Shown here in pieces: positions 13,684 through 25,100 of a DNA stretch of 64,000 nt. The notes below the pieces were generated by a model. It had not been told where the DNA came from and made no database searches. It worked only from the letters and a program-made list of their open reading frames with translations. Location of the stretch: positions 186,001-250,000 of the forward strand of contig NIVC01000900.1 of assembly GCA_002269645.1 (NCBI GenBank), read 5' to 3'. Position 1 is the stretch's first letter. The number at the start of each line of letters is the position of its first letter. The DNA comes from Macrostomum lignano. Its lineage: Eukaryota. Made by a program: the position numbers and the translations under genes.

Positions 13684-14209
13684 TACTAAGCAGAGCTGCA
13701 CAAAAGCTGAAAAGATTAGACTGCAGTTCACCCTTCACTGGTGCAGAAAAGAATGGAATATCCCACAGACAGTAAGGCGTCTAAGAATATAAATTAGGCA
13801 ATGCATTCTAACTACACTACTATAGAATCTTCTACTAAGTAGTGTAAGTAGTGTTTGAATGGAAAAATACAGAAAAATATAAAGAAACAATCGTCTGATT
13901 TAAGTTCAAGCAATTTTTTCACTACAGTATCAAGTTTTTATTAAGAAATTATAGACAAATAAAAGTATAAGAAAGCACAAAGTGAAGATAATTGTTAAAA
14001 ATTCAGTTTTATGTTGGCCAAATAAATAAGGAAGCATAGAAACGCAGTCAGATCTACAAAGTATAAAAACAGATTACAAACAGTTCTTAAAGAAGATGAA
14101 TAAAATTTAAAAATACATTGCTCAATGAATTCTTCAAATTTTTCATTTATGTACACAAACTGCAAGTTCGTAAAAGCGAAAATTTCTACGAGCTAATAAT
14201 GTCTTGGAT

Positions 14210-14600
14210 CTCAGAAATCTCTCAAATCTATCAAATCTCCTAAATCTTTTAAATCTCTCAAAATTCCGAAATCTCTGAAATCTTCTAAATCTCTCAAATC
14301 TTCAAAATCTTTCAAATTTCCAAAATTTCTTAAATCGCCAAAATCTCTAAAGTATCCCAAAATCTCTCAAATCTCCAAAATCTCTCAAGTCTCTGAAATC
14401 TTCTAAATCTCTCAAGTCTCTGAAATCTTCTAAATCTCTCAAATCTTCAAAATCTTTCAAATTTTCAAAATCCCTTAAATCGCCAAAATCTCTAAAATAT
14501 CCCAAAATCTCTCAAACCTCTCAGATCGCCAAAATCTCTCAATTTTTTAATTTAAATAGCCACCAAAATCTCAAGTCTCCAAAATTGATCAATTTAAAAC
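14210..14600. repeat. degenerate AAATCT-rich low-complexity repeat
   Basis: Recurrent AAATCTCTCAAATCTTC motifs just downstream of the LAP stop codon. Confidence 0.8.
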
Positions 14601-14716
14601 CCCTAAAATCTAAAAAAATTCCACCAAATGGCCAAAATCAGTCAGATTTATCAAAGCTACAAACTTTTAAAATGTTCAAACGCTTCAGAAACAGAATACA
14701 CTAAAAAATGCCCCAG

Positions 14717-15048
14717 TCAGTCATTCACGCCTCTGCTAACCAACAGATTAACCGGATCAGCCAGCGACTGCAGCCATCGAGCGGTTTCCGAGTGGCTCAA
14801 GCTGCCGAGTCTCCGCCCGTTGGCCTCGACCAGCCGGTCGCCCGGACGCAGTCGGCCAAATGCCGGTCCATCGGGCGACACTCGCGACACAGCGACCCCG
14901 CCGCCTGCTCCGCCACCAATCATACTACTATTAGCAATGCTGAATCCCAGGCCCCCTGTAGATTTCTGCTTCCAATTTTGACGACACAACGACACCCAAA
15001 CCAGTTGGCGACCATTAAGAATAAATTTGGCCCTGTCCAGAGCGTCCA

Positions 15049-15079
<31 letters not shown>

Positions 15080-18000
15080 ACTACTGTAACTGTAGCTGTG
15101 ACGGCCTCGACGAGGCAATGGCGGAGGGGGCAGCGGAGGGGGCGGCGGAGGGGGCGGCGGAGGGTTGGCAGGCATTGGTAGGCCAGTTTTCCGATCGTAT
15201 ACGAGGCCGCTAGAAATTCCGCAGGAGGAGTCTTCGCCTGTTTGACTAGCCGCAGATGCGACACTTCTTCGATGCTGTTGATGCAGATTCGTTGCGGTTA
15301 GCAACAGAGGTACGGCTTGATAAGCAGGGAATTGCGGCAGGCTTCTGTTACTAATAAACGGGCGAAAAGCGCTCCGGTGACTTTCGCAGGCTATCGAGCC
15401 GTCAATATGGCCAATGGGATTTACTGCGGACGGCGACTGGGGCGCGCTCTGATTGGCTAAGAATAGCGGCACGCTTTGATGTTTAGGCGAAGGCGGCACG
15501 CTTTGATGTTTGGGCGAAGGCGGCACGCTTTGATGTTTGGCTGTAGGCGGCATCCTTTGATGATTGGGCGAAGGCGGCACGCTTTGATGATTGGAAGAAG
15601 GCGGCACGCTTTGATGATTGGAAGAAGGCGGCACGCTTTGATGATTGGAAGAAGGCGGCATCCTTTGATGATTGGGCGAAGGCGGCACGCTTTGATGATT
15701 GGGAGAAGGCGGCATCCTTTGATGATTGGGCGAAGGCGGCACGCTTTGATATTTGGGCGAAGGCGGCAAAATTTCATAAGTGGACGAACGCGGCGCGCTT
15801 TGATCTTTAATTAACGAATTCGGCACACTTTGATAAGATGACAAAAGCGGCGGTGCAAAACCTGAGTCAACGCTGTGTCTGACAATGGAACTATTCGATT
15901 CGTTTGATCGTATAGGGATTTCGTAAGCATCGCTTGGATCTGCTTGAGCGCACGAACAGGAGACCTGGGGATTTGCGATGGCCTCCTCTGAGGTGACACA
16001 GTTTGCGGCGGCGATATTGCAGTAAACTGACGGCTCGGCTGATGACTCCGGAGCGGATGATTCCTGCAGGTTTCAGTGGTGCGAAGGCACACTTCAGGGG
16101 CGATGATCATTAATCAGGGACACTTCAGAGGCAAATAAATTTTCATGGCCACTTCAGGGACACTTCATGGCCGATTCCTCAGGAATACTTCAGGGACGAT
16201 TTTTCAGAGATACTTCGTACTTCATAGGCGATTTTACTTCAGGGACACCTCAGAGGCAATTTCTCAGGGGCGATTTTTCAGGGGTGATTCTTTAGGGATG
16301 ATTCTTCAGGGTCAATTCCCCAGGAACGATGTTTCAGGGGCGATTCTTCAGGGGTGATTCTTCAGGGGCGATTCTTCAGGGGTGATTCTTCAGGGGTGAT
16401 TCTTTAGATTTGATTCTTCAGGGGTGATTTTTTAGAAGTGATTCTTCAGGGGAGATTCTTTAGGGGCGATTTTTTAGAAGTTATTCTACAGGGCGATTCT
16501 TCAGGGGCGATTCTTCAGGGGTAATTCCTAGAAGAGATCCTTAAGACACAGTTCAGTACAGAATCTTCATGGGTCAGTTCAGGTTCGAAAACGATTTGAA
16601 ATGACTCACCAGACTCTCCTTCTGCACAGAATCGTCATCCTGAAGATCGCCAGCTCTTCGCTGCTGCATCAACAGGCGCCGGCGAGGCCTTCGCTCCGGC
16701 AGATCCTTCGGCAAGGACTGGCCAGTGGACGGTTCCGATGCAGAGGCGAGGAAATGAACTACCGCCGCTCGACTTCTAGGCGGCGGCGTCGGAGGCTGGT
16801 GGGTCTTGTCGCTGCTATTCAGCATCAGCAGGGCTGCGGCTTTGCTAGCGACTACGTCGTCTCGAGTTTGAGTAGGCCGGTCTCCGGCCGACAGCTGAGG
16901 CAGCAGGTAGCAGGTGAGCACGCGGATTGGGCCGCAACGGCTGGCAATGTCCTCGGGCTGCAGGCGGGGCATTGGCTCCGACTGGTTGTCACTGAGCCAG
17001 AGTGCCTGACGAGTTCGAATTAGTTAGGAGAGTCTTTAGGAAAACACTTCAGGGGAGAGTCTTCAGGAAAACACTTCAGGGGAGAGTCTTCAGGAAAACA
17101 CTTCAGGGAGAGTCTTCAGGAAAACACTTCAGGGAGAGTCTTCAGGAAAACACTTCAGGGAGAGTCTTCAGGAAAACACTTCAGGGGAGAGTCGTTAGGG
17201 AAACACTTCAGGGAGAGTCTTCAGAGAAACTTCAGGGAAGAGTCTTCAGGGACACTTCAGGAGAGTCATTAGGGACACTTCAGGGTAGAGTCTTCAGGGA
17301 AACTACAGGAAAGAGTCTTCCGGGGAAACATTTCAGGGAAGAGTCTTCAGGGGCACTTCAGGGTAACACTTCAGGGCAGCATTTTTAGGAGAATTACTTC
17401 CGGGGAGATGCTAGAGGAACACTTCAAAGGAGACACTTCAGGGGAACACTCTTCAGGGACACTTCCGGCAAGACCGAACACCAACACCCAGATGGCTTTT
17501 AACTATAGAAACTTCCCCGCTAAAAAAGCACACACAAACCGAGCTCACCCTCAGCTGAGGCAGCCTGAGCATAGAGATCGGCAGGCACCGCAGATGATTG
17601 CCACTCAAATTCAGCACCCTCAGCGAGGCCAAGCGGCCCAGCTCGTCCGGCACCAACTTCAACCGGTTATCCCTGGCTGACAGCACAGCCAAAGATCGAC
17701 AAGTGCCAATTGCTTGAGGCAGTCGCTTCAATCGGTTGCTATCGCAATAAACCAGCTCAAGCTGATGCAGCCGACCCAAACCTGCCGGCAGTTCGTCTAA
17801 TCTATTTTTAGCAACATGCAGTTCGCACAGACTGAAACAGCGGAAACTGCCACCTCCGGAGCTGTTGCAGTTAAACTGCAATCGCGTTATTCGATTGTCG
17901 CCAATTCTTAGACACAGCAGACTGGCTGGCAAACTCGAATCCGCAAGCTCTGCTATTCGATTCGAGCTGGCGTCCAGATCTGTGAGCTGCGGACAGCCGC

Positions 18001-21000
18001 CCAGCTGGTTGGGCAGGAAGTCCAACCTATTAGACGATATGTCCAGCTGCTGCAGACTGGGGAACAGGACGGACTGCCTGTTGCCATGGGGAAGCGCAGC
18101 GGATGACAGCGCCAGTCTGCCGAGGCGGTTGTGGTCGACGCAGAGGTCGGTCAGACAGGGTAACAGAGATACGGACTCGGGCTGCGGGGCAATGATGAAC
18201 TGAGCACTTCAGACTGAGCACTCATGACTTCTGATGACCTGATGAGTACTCTCATGATTTCTGATGACCTGATGAGTACTCTCATGATTTCTGATGACCT
18301 GATGAGTACTCTCATGACCAATAATGAATGACCCGATGAGTACTCTCATGATTTCTGATGACCTGATGAGTACTCTCATGATTTCTGATGACCTGATGAG
18401 TACTCTCATGACCAATAATGATTGACCCGATGAGTACTCTCATGATTTCTGATGACCTGATGAGTACTCTCATGATTTCTGATGACCTGATGAGTACTCT
18501 CATGATTTCTGATGACCTGATGAGTACTCTCATGACCAATAATGAATGACCCGATGAGTACTCTCATGATTTCTGATGACCTGATGAGTACTCTCATGAT
18601 TTCTGATGACCTGATGAGTACTCTCATGACCAATAATGATTGACCCGATGAGTACTCTCATGATTTCTGATGATCTGATGAGTACTCTCATGACCAATAA
18701 TGAATGACCCGATGAGTACTCTCATGATTTCTGATGACCTGATGAGTACTCTCATGATTTCTGATGACCTGATAAGTACTCTCATGATTTCTGATGACCT
18801 GATGAGTACTCTCATGACCAATAATGAATGACCCGATGAGTACTCTCATGATTTCTGATGATCTGATGAGTACTCTCATGATTTCTGATGATCTGATGAG
18901 TACTCTCATGATTTCTGATGACCTGATGAGTACTCTCATGATTTCTGAGGACCTGATGAGTGATATCATGATTTCTGATGACCTGATGAGTACTCTCATG
19001 ATTTCTGATGATCTTATGAGAACTCTTATGATTTCTGATGACCTGATGAGTACTCTCATGACCAATAATGAATGACCTGATGAGTACTCTCATGACCAAT
19101 ATTGAATGACCTGATGAGTACTCTCATGACCAATAATAAATGACCTGATAAGTAATCTCATGACTACTAATGACCCGATGAGTACTCTTGTGACCAATAA
19201 TGCCAGCTGAAAAATTCATTACATGCTACATATACATCGAGCACTCACCAAGCTCTCCAGCTGATTTTCGCCAACATCGAGCCTCTCCAATCGATCCAAA
19301 CGCCCAACAGACTCTGGCAGCAGTTTCAAATTGTTATCACGAACTTCCAGAACGCACAGACTTGTTAAACTGAAAATATCAACGGTAAAGTCGCTTTGTT
19401 TACAAAATAAAAATTATATAAATTTGAAAGTTCGATTAACAAATCAAGCCCTGAAATCAAAGGATTTTCAAACGTTTAGGCCCTTAAGCGGCCCTTGAGC
19501 AAGACACTTAAGCGCTCAACTTTCTACTGACTCAAGTAGACTAAATAGAGTTTTTAAATAAATGCGAAATGCGATTCTAATTCATTAAGTGACGCAGGTG
19601 CGGCTGTATAACTCCCAGACTTTCTTAAGTCACATCTTTCTTACAATATTTTACCTGTGTTATCTGCAACAAGTCTGGGGCGACGCAAAAGACTCTGGAT
19701 ACCATTTTCATCATGCGAGAGATGTTTGCAATAGTTTCAGTGAACGACACGAATGTCGATGTCAGAGAGCTACTAAAAGCATACCGTAATGTGCTACTTA
19801 AAGTAATACTCTAAGAAAAGCCTATAGATAGTGACTCAGAACCCTACGTGGGATAAACGTTTGTTTGATCAAGGAACCGGATTTCAGCAGCTGTGTTAGC
19901 TTAACACCATATATGGTAATGGCGCTTACCGGATTTAGTTCTTGATAGTTGGCGTTAATAAGTTGATTGATTAAGTTTATGAGAGCCGTTTATTGTCGCG
20001 AACATTTGAGAGAAAGGCTTATTTTGTTTCCTAGGATACATTCCTAGAGGATCTACTGATTGATTTGAGTTATCCGTTACGTTTCGGACGTAACGAAGAA
20101 GACGCCCTTCAGGAGGACCGATTACAGAAACTCATAGAATTCAATTGTTCATTAGGGCGCACGTTCTACGAGTATTGTTAATTCCGAGCTCCGGGACCGT
20201 CAAGACTTCTGAGATAAAGTCAAGGACCACTGGAGACAACAAGTTACCGAAGCCAATCGTCACTACAAGACCAAGACGTCTAAAAGATACAAGAAGAAAA
20301 AGAGATATTTGATTTTGCATATACCTGCGCATTTTTTCCTTAGTGTCTAGAAGTGGGAGTTTTCAAGTGACTGACCACCACCCCTAAACTTGTTGTCTAT
20401 TTGTCTATTTCACCCTTTGTAGTCTCATTCTTTTAAAGCAATTAACCAGGACAATAAAAATAAAAAACAATAAGAATTCTGCAAAAACAACTCACTTGCC
20501 AATACAGTGCGGTAGTTTAACAATGGAGCACTGGTTTAATAGCAGATGCTTCAGATTGACCAAATCAGTCAACTCGTCTGGCAGGCTGAAAGCAACAACA
20601 AATAAACAAAATTTAGATTTAAACACAGGTAAAAAACCAAACTAAATTTTAATATTAATGTTTGGGCATGCATCTAATTTCGTATAGAGGTAAATAAAAA
20701 TCGCGGAAAAAATGTCATTAGTAGCAAAGCAAACAGCCAAGTGCATTTAAACAAAATCAAAAGCAATTTAAACAACATATAAACAGGAATATTCGTATTC
20801 ATGCTTTTTATTCTCCGAGACAAAGCTTCCGGTTACCAAAAAAGGCGGGGGACAACGGTGCAAACAACATCACATGGGTACTTACTGATGGTTAATTTCA
20901 ATTTTTTCTGGAAAAAATTAAACAATTTCAAAAACAAATTTCAATTTCAAATCTGATTCCCCAGTCTGACATCATATCTGATTCCCCAGTCCGACATCAG

Positions 21001-22704
21001 ATCTGATTCCCCAGTCTGACATCAGATCTGATTCCCCAGTCTGACATCAGATCTGTTTCCCCAGTCTGACACCAGATCTGATTCCCCAGTCTGACACCAG
21101 ATCTAATTCCCCAGTCTGACACCAGATCTAATTCCCCAGTCTGACACCAGATCTGATTCCCCAGTCTGACATCAGATCTGATTCCCCAGTCTGACATCAG
21201 ATCTGATTCCCCAGTCTGACATCAGATCTGATTCCCCAGTCTGACATCAGATCTGATTCCCCAGTCTGACACCAGATCTGATTCCCCAGTCTGACACCAG
21301 ATCTGATTCCCCAGTCTGACACCAGATCTGTTTCCCCAGTCTGACATCAGATCTGATTCCCCAGTCTGACATCAGATCTGTTTCCCCAGTCTGACACCAG
21401 ATCTGATTCCCCAGTCTGACACCAGATCTGATTCCCCAGTCTGACATCAGATCTGATTCCCTAGTCTGACATCAGATCTGTTTCCCCAGTCTGACATCAG
21501 ATCTGATTCCCCAGTCTGACACCAGATCTGATTCCCCAGTCTGACACCAGATCTGGTTTTCCAGTCTGACATCACATTGGATTGCCAGTCTTATGCTTAA
21601 ATTTTTACTATTCAAAGATTAAAACAATTAAAACAAACCCACCATTCCAACAGGTTGGAACTTAAATCAAGACTGTGCAGGTATCTGCAGGCCTTTAGTT
21701 CCACCGGTAACTCAATCAGACCTAAAAATAAAGAATAAAGTTTAAATTTAATCCTTTGAAGCACATTTTCAGCTGACAAACACAGAAAAGGGTTAATCAT
21801 AATAGACAGCCAAATAAACTAGAAATCTTACAATTATTTCTGAGATTCAGTTCGCACAAGCTTGTCAATGATGCAATGCTTGGCGGCAGTGTGTGAATTA
21901 TGTTGTTAGACAGCGATAAGTGGTACAGACTTTGGCAGCACAGGAGCTCCTGAAATTTGTAATTTATAAATGAGGATCGACTGTCAAACAGGATTTTTGT
22001 GAACTGATTATTAATTACTGTTTTTTGAAGGTCGAACATTGATAGGATATTTTCTGAAGGACAATTATAGATTGAATATTTTTGAGGCCTAATAATTAAT
22101 GGCTCGATTATTAATAGGATATTTAGAAGGCCGATCATTGATTGGGATTTTGGAAGGCCGATTGTTGATTGGGATTTTTGAAGGCCGATTATTGATTGGG
22201 ATTTTTGAAGGCCGATTACTGATTAGAATTTTCGAAGGCCGATTATTAATAGGATATTTTGAAGGCCGATCATTGATTGAGATTTTTGGACGCCGATTAT
22301 TGATTGGGATTTTTGAAGGCCTATTATTAATTGGGATTTTTGAAGGCCGATTATTGATTGGGATTTTTGAAGGCCGATTATTAATTGGGATTTTTGAAGC
22401 CCGATTGTTGGTAGGATATTTCGAAGGACGATTTTTAATATCTAATTGTTAAAGGACGAATCCAAAATTGGGAATTTTATAGAGCCACTTCTCAATGCCA
22501 TTCTGAAGTTGAATTCTGAAAAGTTGATTTATTAATTACCTTTCGAATTTCTGCAATTTTATTATCATCCAACAGCAGCACTTCCAGGGTTGCTTCATTT
22601 TTAAAAGCGTCCATTGGCACCTCCAGTAGACGTTGGCCAGTGAAGTCCAGGGTTCGAATCTCAGCCAATCGCTTTGGCCGAAATGAGCATAACAGACGCT
22701 CCAT
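14717..22704 (-). CDS. LAP-family (LRR and PDZ) protein, Erbin/Densin/LET-413-like, about 982 aa, 8 coding exons
   Basis: Exons 22704-22540, 21949-21832, 21721-21643, 20585-20496, 19369-19249, 18181-17549, 17005-16610 and 16063-14717; all GT-AG and phase-consistent. LRRs align with Erbin (TLEVLLLDDNKI, LCVLEVRDNNLKLLPE). LAPSD reads ALWLSDNQSEPMPRLQ...LTCYLLPQ. There is one C-terminal PDZ (GLGFSI...LRPGDRLVEANG). A further acceptor at 22762 implies a 5'UTR intron. The specific ortholog cannot be assigned. Confidence 0.93.
15470..15780 (-). repeat. 27-nt coding tandem repeat inside the last LAP exon
   Basis: Encodes about 11 copies of (SV/RM)PPS(P/S)(N/K)HQ. Confidence 0.9.
16089..16545. repeat. 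14-nt CTTCAGGG-core minisatellite in LAP intron 7
   Basis: Unit GGGGTGATTCTTCA; degenerate CACTTCAGGG copies toward 16089. Confidence 0.88.
17030..17465. repeat. 27-nt CTTCAGG-core minisatellite in LAP intron 6
   Basis: Unit AAAACACTTCAGGGGAGAGTCTTCAGG (two half-units). Confidence 0.9.
18215..19200. repeat. 30-nt minisatellite with higher-order structure in LAP intron 5
   Basis: Unit ATGAGTACTCTCATGATTTCTGATGACCTG, punctuated by a 34-nt ...ACCAATAATGAATGACCCG variant. Confidence 0.96.
20950..21575. repeat. 25-nt minisatellite in LAP intron 3
   Basis: Unit ATCAGATCTGATTCCCCAGTCTGAC. Confidence 0.97.
22100..22435. repeat. 27-nt degenerate minisatellite in LAP intron 1
   Basis: Unit GGCCGATTATTGATTGGGATTTTTGAA. 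Confidence 0.92.
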
Positions 22705-24849
22705 TGATTAAACAATGGGCTTGAATATAAATTATGTTTACTGCAGTTTCTTGCTGGAGTTGCTAAAAATTAAAAAAAAACTTTTTATTTGAATAGAAAA
22801 AATTAACTAGGATAATTTTACAAATCTAAATGTCCAAGCAATTCCTAAACAAAAACCGCATGCTTAAGCAAATCAACTGACTGTTATTTAAGTCTCCAGA
22901 CTTTTATGGTGTATAGTACAGATTTATAACATCTCATATCTTAGGAAACATTTGTATATTCCATTAAATAAGTAATATATGTAATAATTATTTCAGACCT
23001 TCTTTAAATTTACACCAATCTATGACTCATGCTTGTAAAGAATATAGCTAGCTTGTTTTGGCTTGGTCTAACCACTCACTCTAGTATCTATACAAGAGAC
23101 TTGATGGTAAAAGTATTGCCAATTTGTCACACCAACATTAGACTATACACATTCTACCATTGAAAAATTGTGATTTCTTAAAAAAATTTGTTAGCAAGGA
23201 AGGAGACTAGGATATATAATAAGGAAAATAGAGTTCGTCACTCTCTGTACTTTACTCTGTTGAAATACTTTTCAAAAACCCATAGACCTGCATTAGGAGT
23301 TCTAGAAAACTTGAAGATGCACCTGACACCTAGAAAATATTAGGTATGCCATCCCATACCAACCATACCATTTTAACCATCCCATACACAGATTCAATCT
23401 AATGCGATTATATGATTTATACATGGTTTTAAATATATTAATTTCTATGGTAATATTTGTAATTACAATATATTTTTGTTTTAAGTGGACCAAAAAGTTT
23501 TTAAACAAGTTTTGGTCTGAATAAGAGCAACCTTGACTACAACCTTTCCTCATTTCAAAGAAGCCAACTACTAGGAATGAGCTAATAAGTAGTGTTTCAA
23601 GTAAATATCAAATATTGCATCTAACCTATAAATGTAGTTTTTTTTTTAAAATAAAGTTGAAAGAAATCATATAATATATGTGCAGGGCCCCTCCTGATTC
23701 TTTTACAAAATTGATAATTGTATAACTCATTTTGAATGTGTGCCAAATCTAGGAAAACACATTTGTTATAATACATGTATTTTTCATAATATTTTATGCA
23801 AACTAATTTTTGTTTAAACTAGCAATAAATTTTAGTATAAATAGAAGCATTTTTGGTGGAGGAGAGACCAACCTCATGCATTGTGGTTGCTTAAAAAAGA
23901 AAGCCAGTATCAAATAGTAAGAGTTCCAAGTAAACATTATTGAAGATTGTTTTCCAAGTTATTCATTTGCAGAAGAGAAGTGAAGTAGATGGAGGTATAC
24001 ACAGTATATACTACTAAGAAGCAGAAGTAGTGTAGAAGTAGAAGTAGTAGCTATCAAAATTTATAAAGACAGAAGTTAAGCCCTGTTACAACTTTGGTCA
24101 CCTCAGTAGGATTTTTAATAGAGAGAAGCTTTAGCCCATTACAACTTGGTGGCATTAATGGAATAGCTAAAAGAGGGAAGCAAACCCACTATGACAACTT
24201 TGGTAACATTGTGGGATTATTCATAAAGACAGAAGGTTAGCCCTTTGACATATATTAGTAGTAGGGAAGATATATACTCTGCTGCCAGAATTTTGTATAA
24301 AAGCCATAGGCCTAGTGTGTGAATATATGAGCCTATGTAAAAGAGGCCAAGATAGATTTTTTATAAATGATAACCAACTCAGTGAGTGACATTAAATTAG
24401 TTTTACAAAACAACTCTGCCCCAATAATTTTTGCAGATTGAACTTCAAAAATAAGTGAATCTGCTTCCAAATACTAGGGTATTTAAACTTTTTTGATAGT
24501 AGAAATACATGGACCTATGCTTTCTTAAATATGCTTGATAATGTATGCATGTATAAAGAAAAAGCAATGTAATTAATTGATCACAGAAATATGAGGGGTG
24601 TTTTATAAGTACTTGAACTTTTGTATGCTGCTCATAAACAACATAATCAATCATTACAAGTTAGATGTTGCTAGAAAGTGGCTTTTCCCTTTTACAATTT
24701 GCTACTAGAATCATTTGGTTCCATCATTTTTATCAAAATTTACAACTACATATGTAGCAAAAGGTCACCTATAGGCTTACTAGAAATTTGGAGAAGAGTA
24801 ATTGCAACATTAAACTGGGAAAACAGAGATGTGTGGTGATTAGCAGCAA

Positions 24850-25100
24850 CTTTTTTTACTCGAATAGATGCACTTGGACCATCTGGTAAGCATGCTATTA
24901 ATGGTGTCTATGTACAGCTGTTGAGAGATGATGTAGAGCAGAATTCCCCTAACTTCCTCATTGATCTGGTTCCTGTTTTCATACACTCATTCTTTCAGGT
25001 GGCACTTCAATTCTGGGAACAAAACAAAGTCTGCAAGTGCCAGATCTGGAGAGTATGGAGGATGAGAGAACCCTGATCTTTAGCTTTCCAATTGCTTCAA
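24850..25100 (-). mobile_element. Tc1/mariner transposase remnant (C-terminal part, decayed)
   Basis: The minus strand reads SHPPYSPDLALADFVLFPELKCHLKE*VYENR...SMLTRWSKCI, matching the YSPDL and RWxKCI motifs, with an in-frame stop. Confidence 0.8.

Noticed and set aside
18215-19200. CTGATGA motifs suggesting hammerhead cores or C/D-box snoRNAs
   Set aside because: No GAAA follows stem II, and the motifs are antisense to the host intron.
20950-21575. CRISPR-like palindromic repeats (also the 28-, 30- and 27-mers)
   Set aside because: Units are head-to-tail without unique spacers, there are no cas genes, and the context is a eukaryotic intron.
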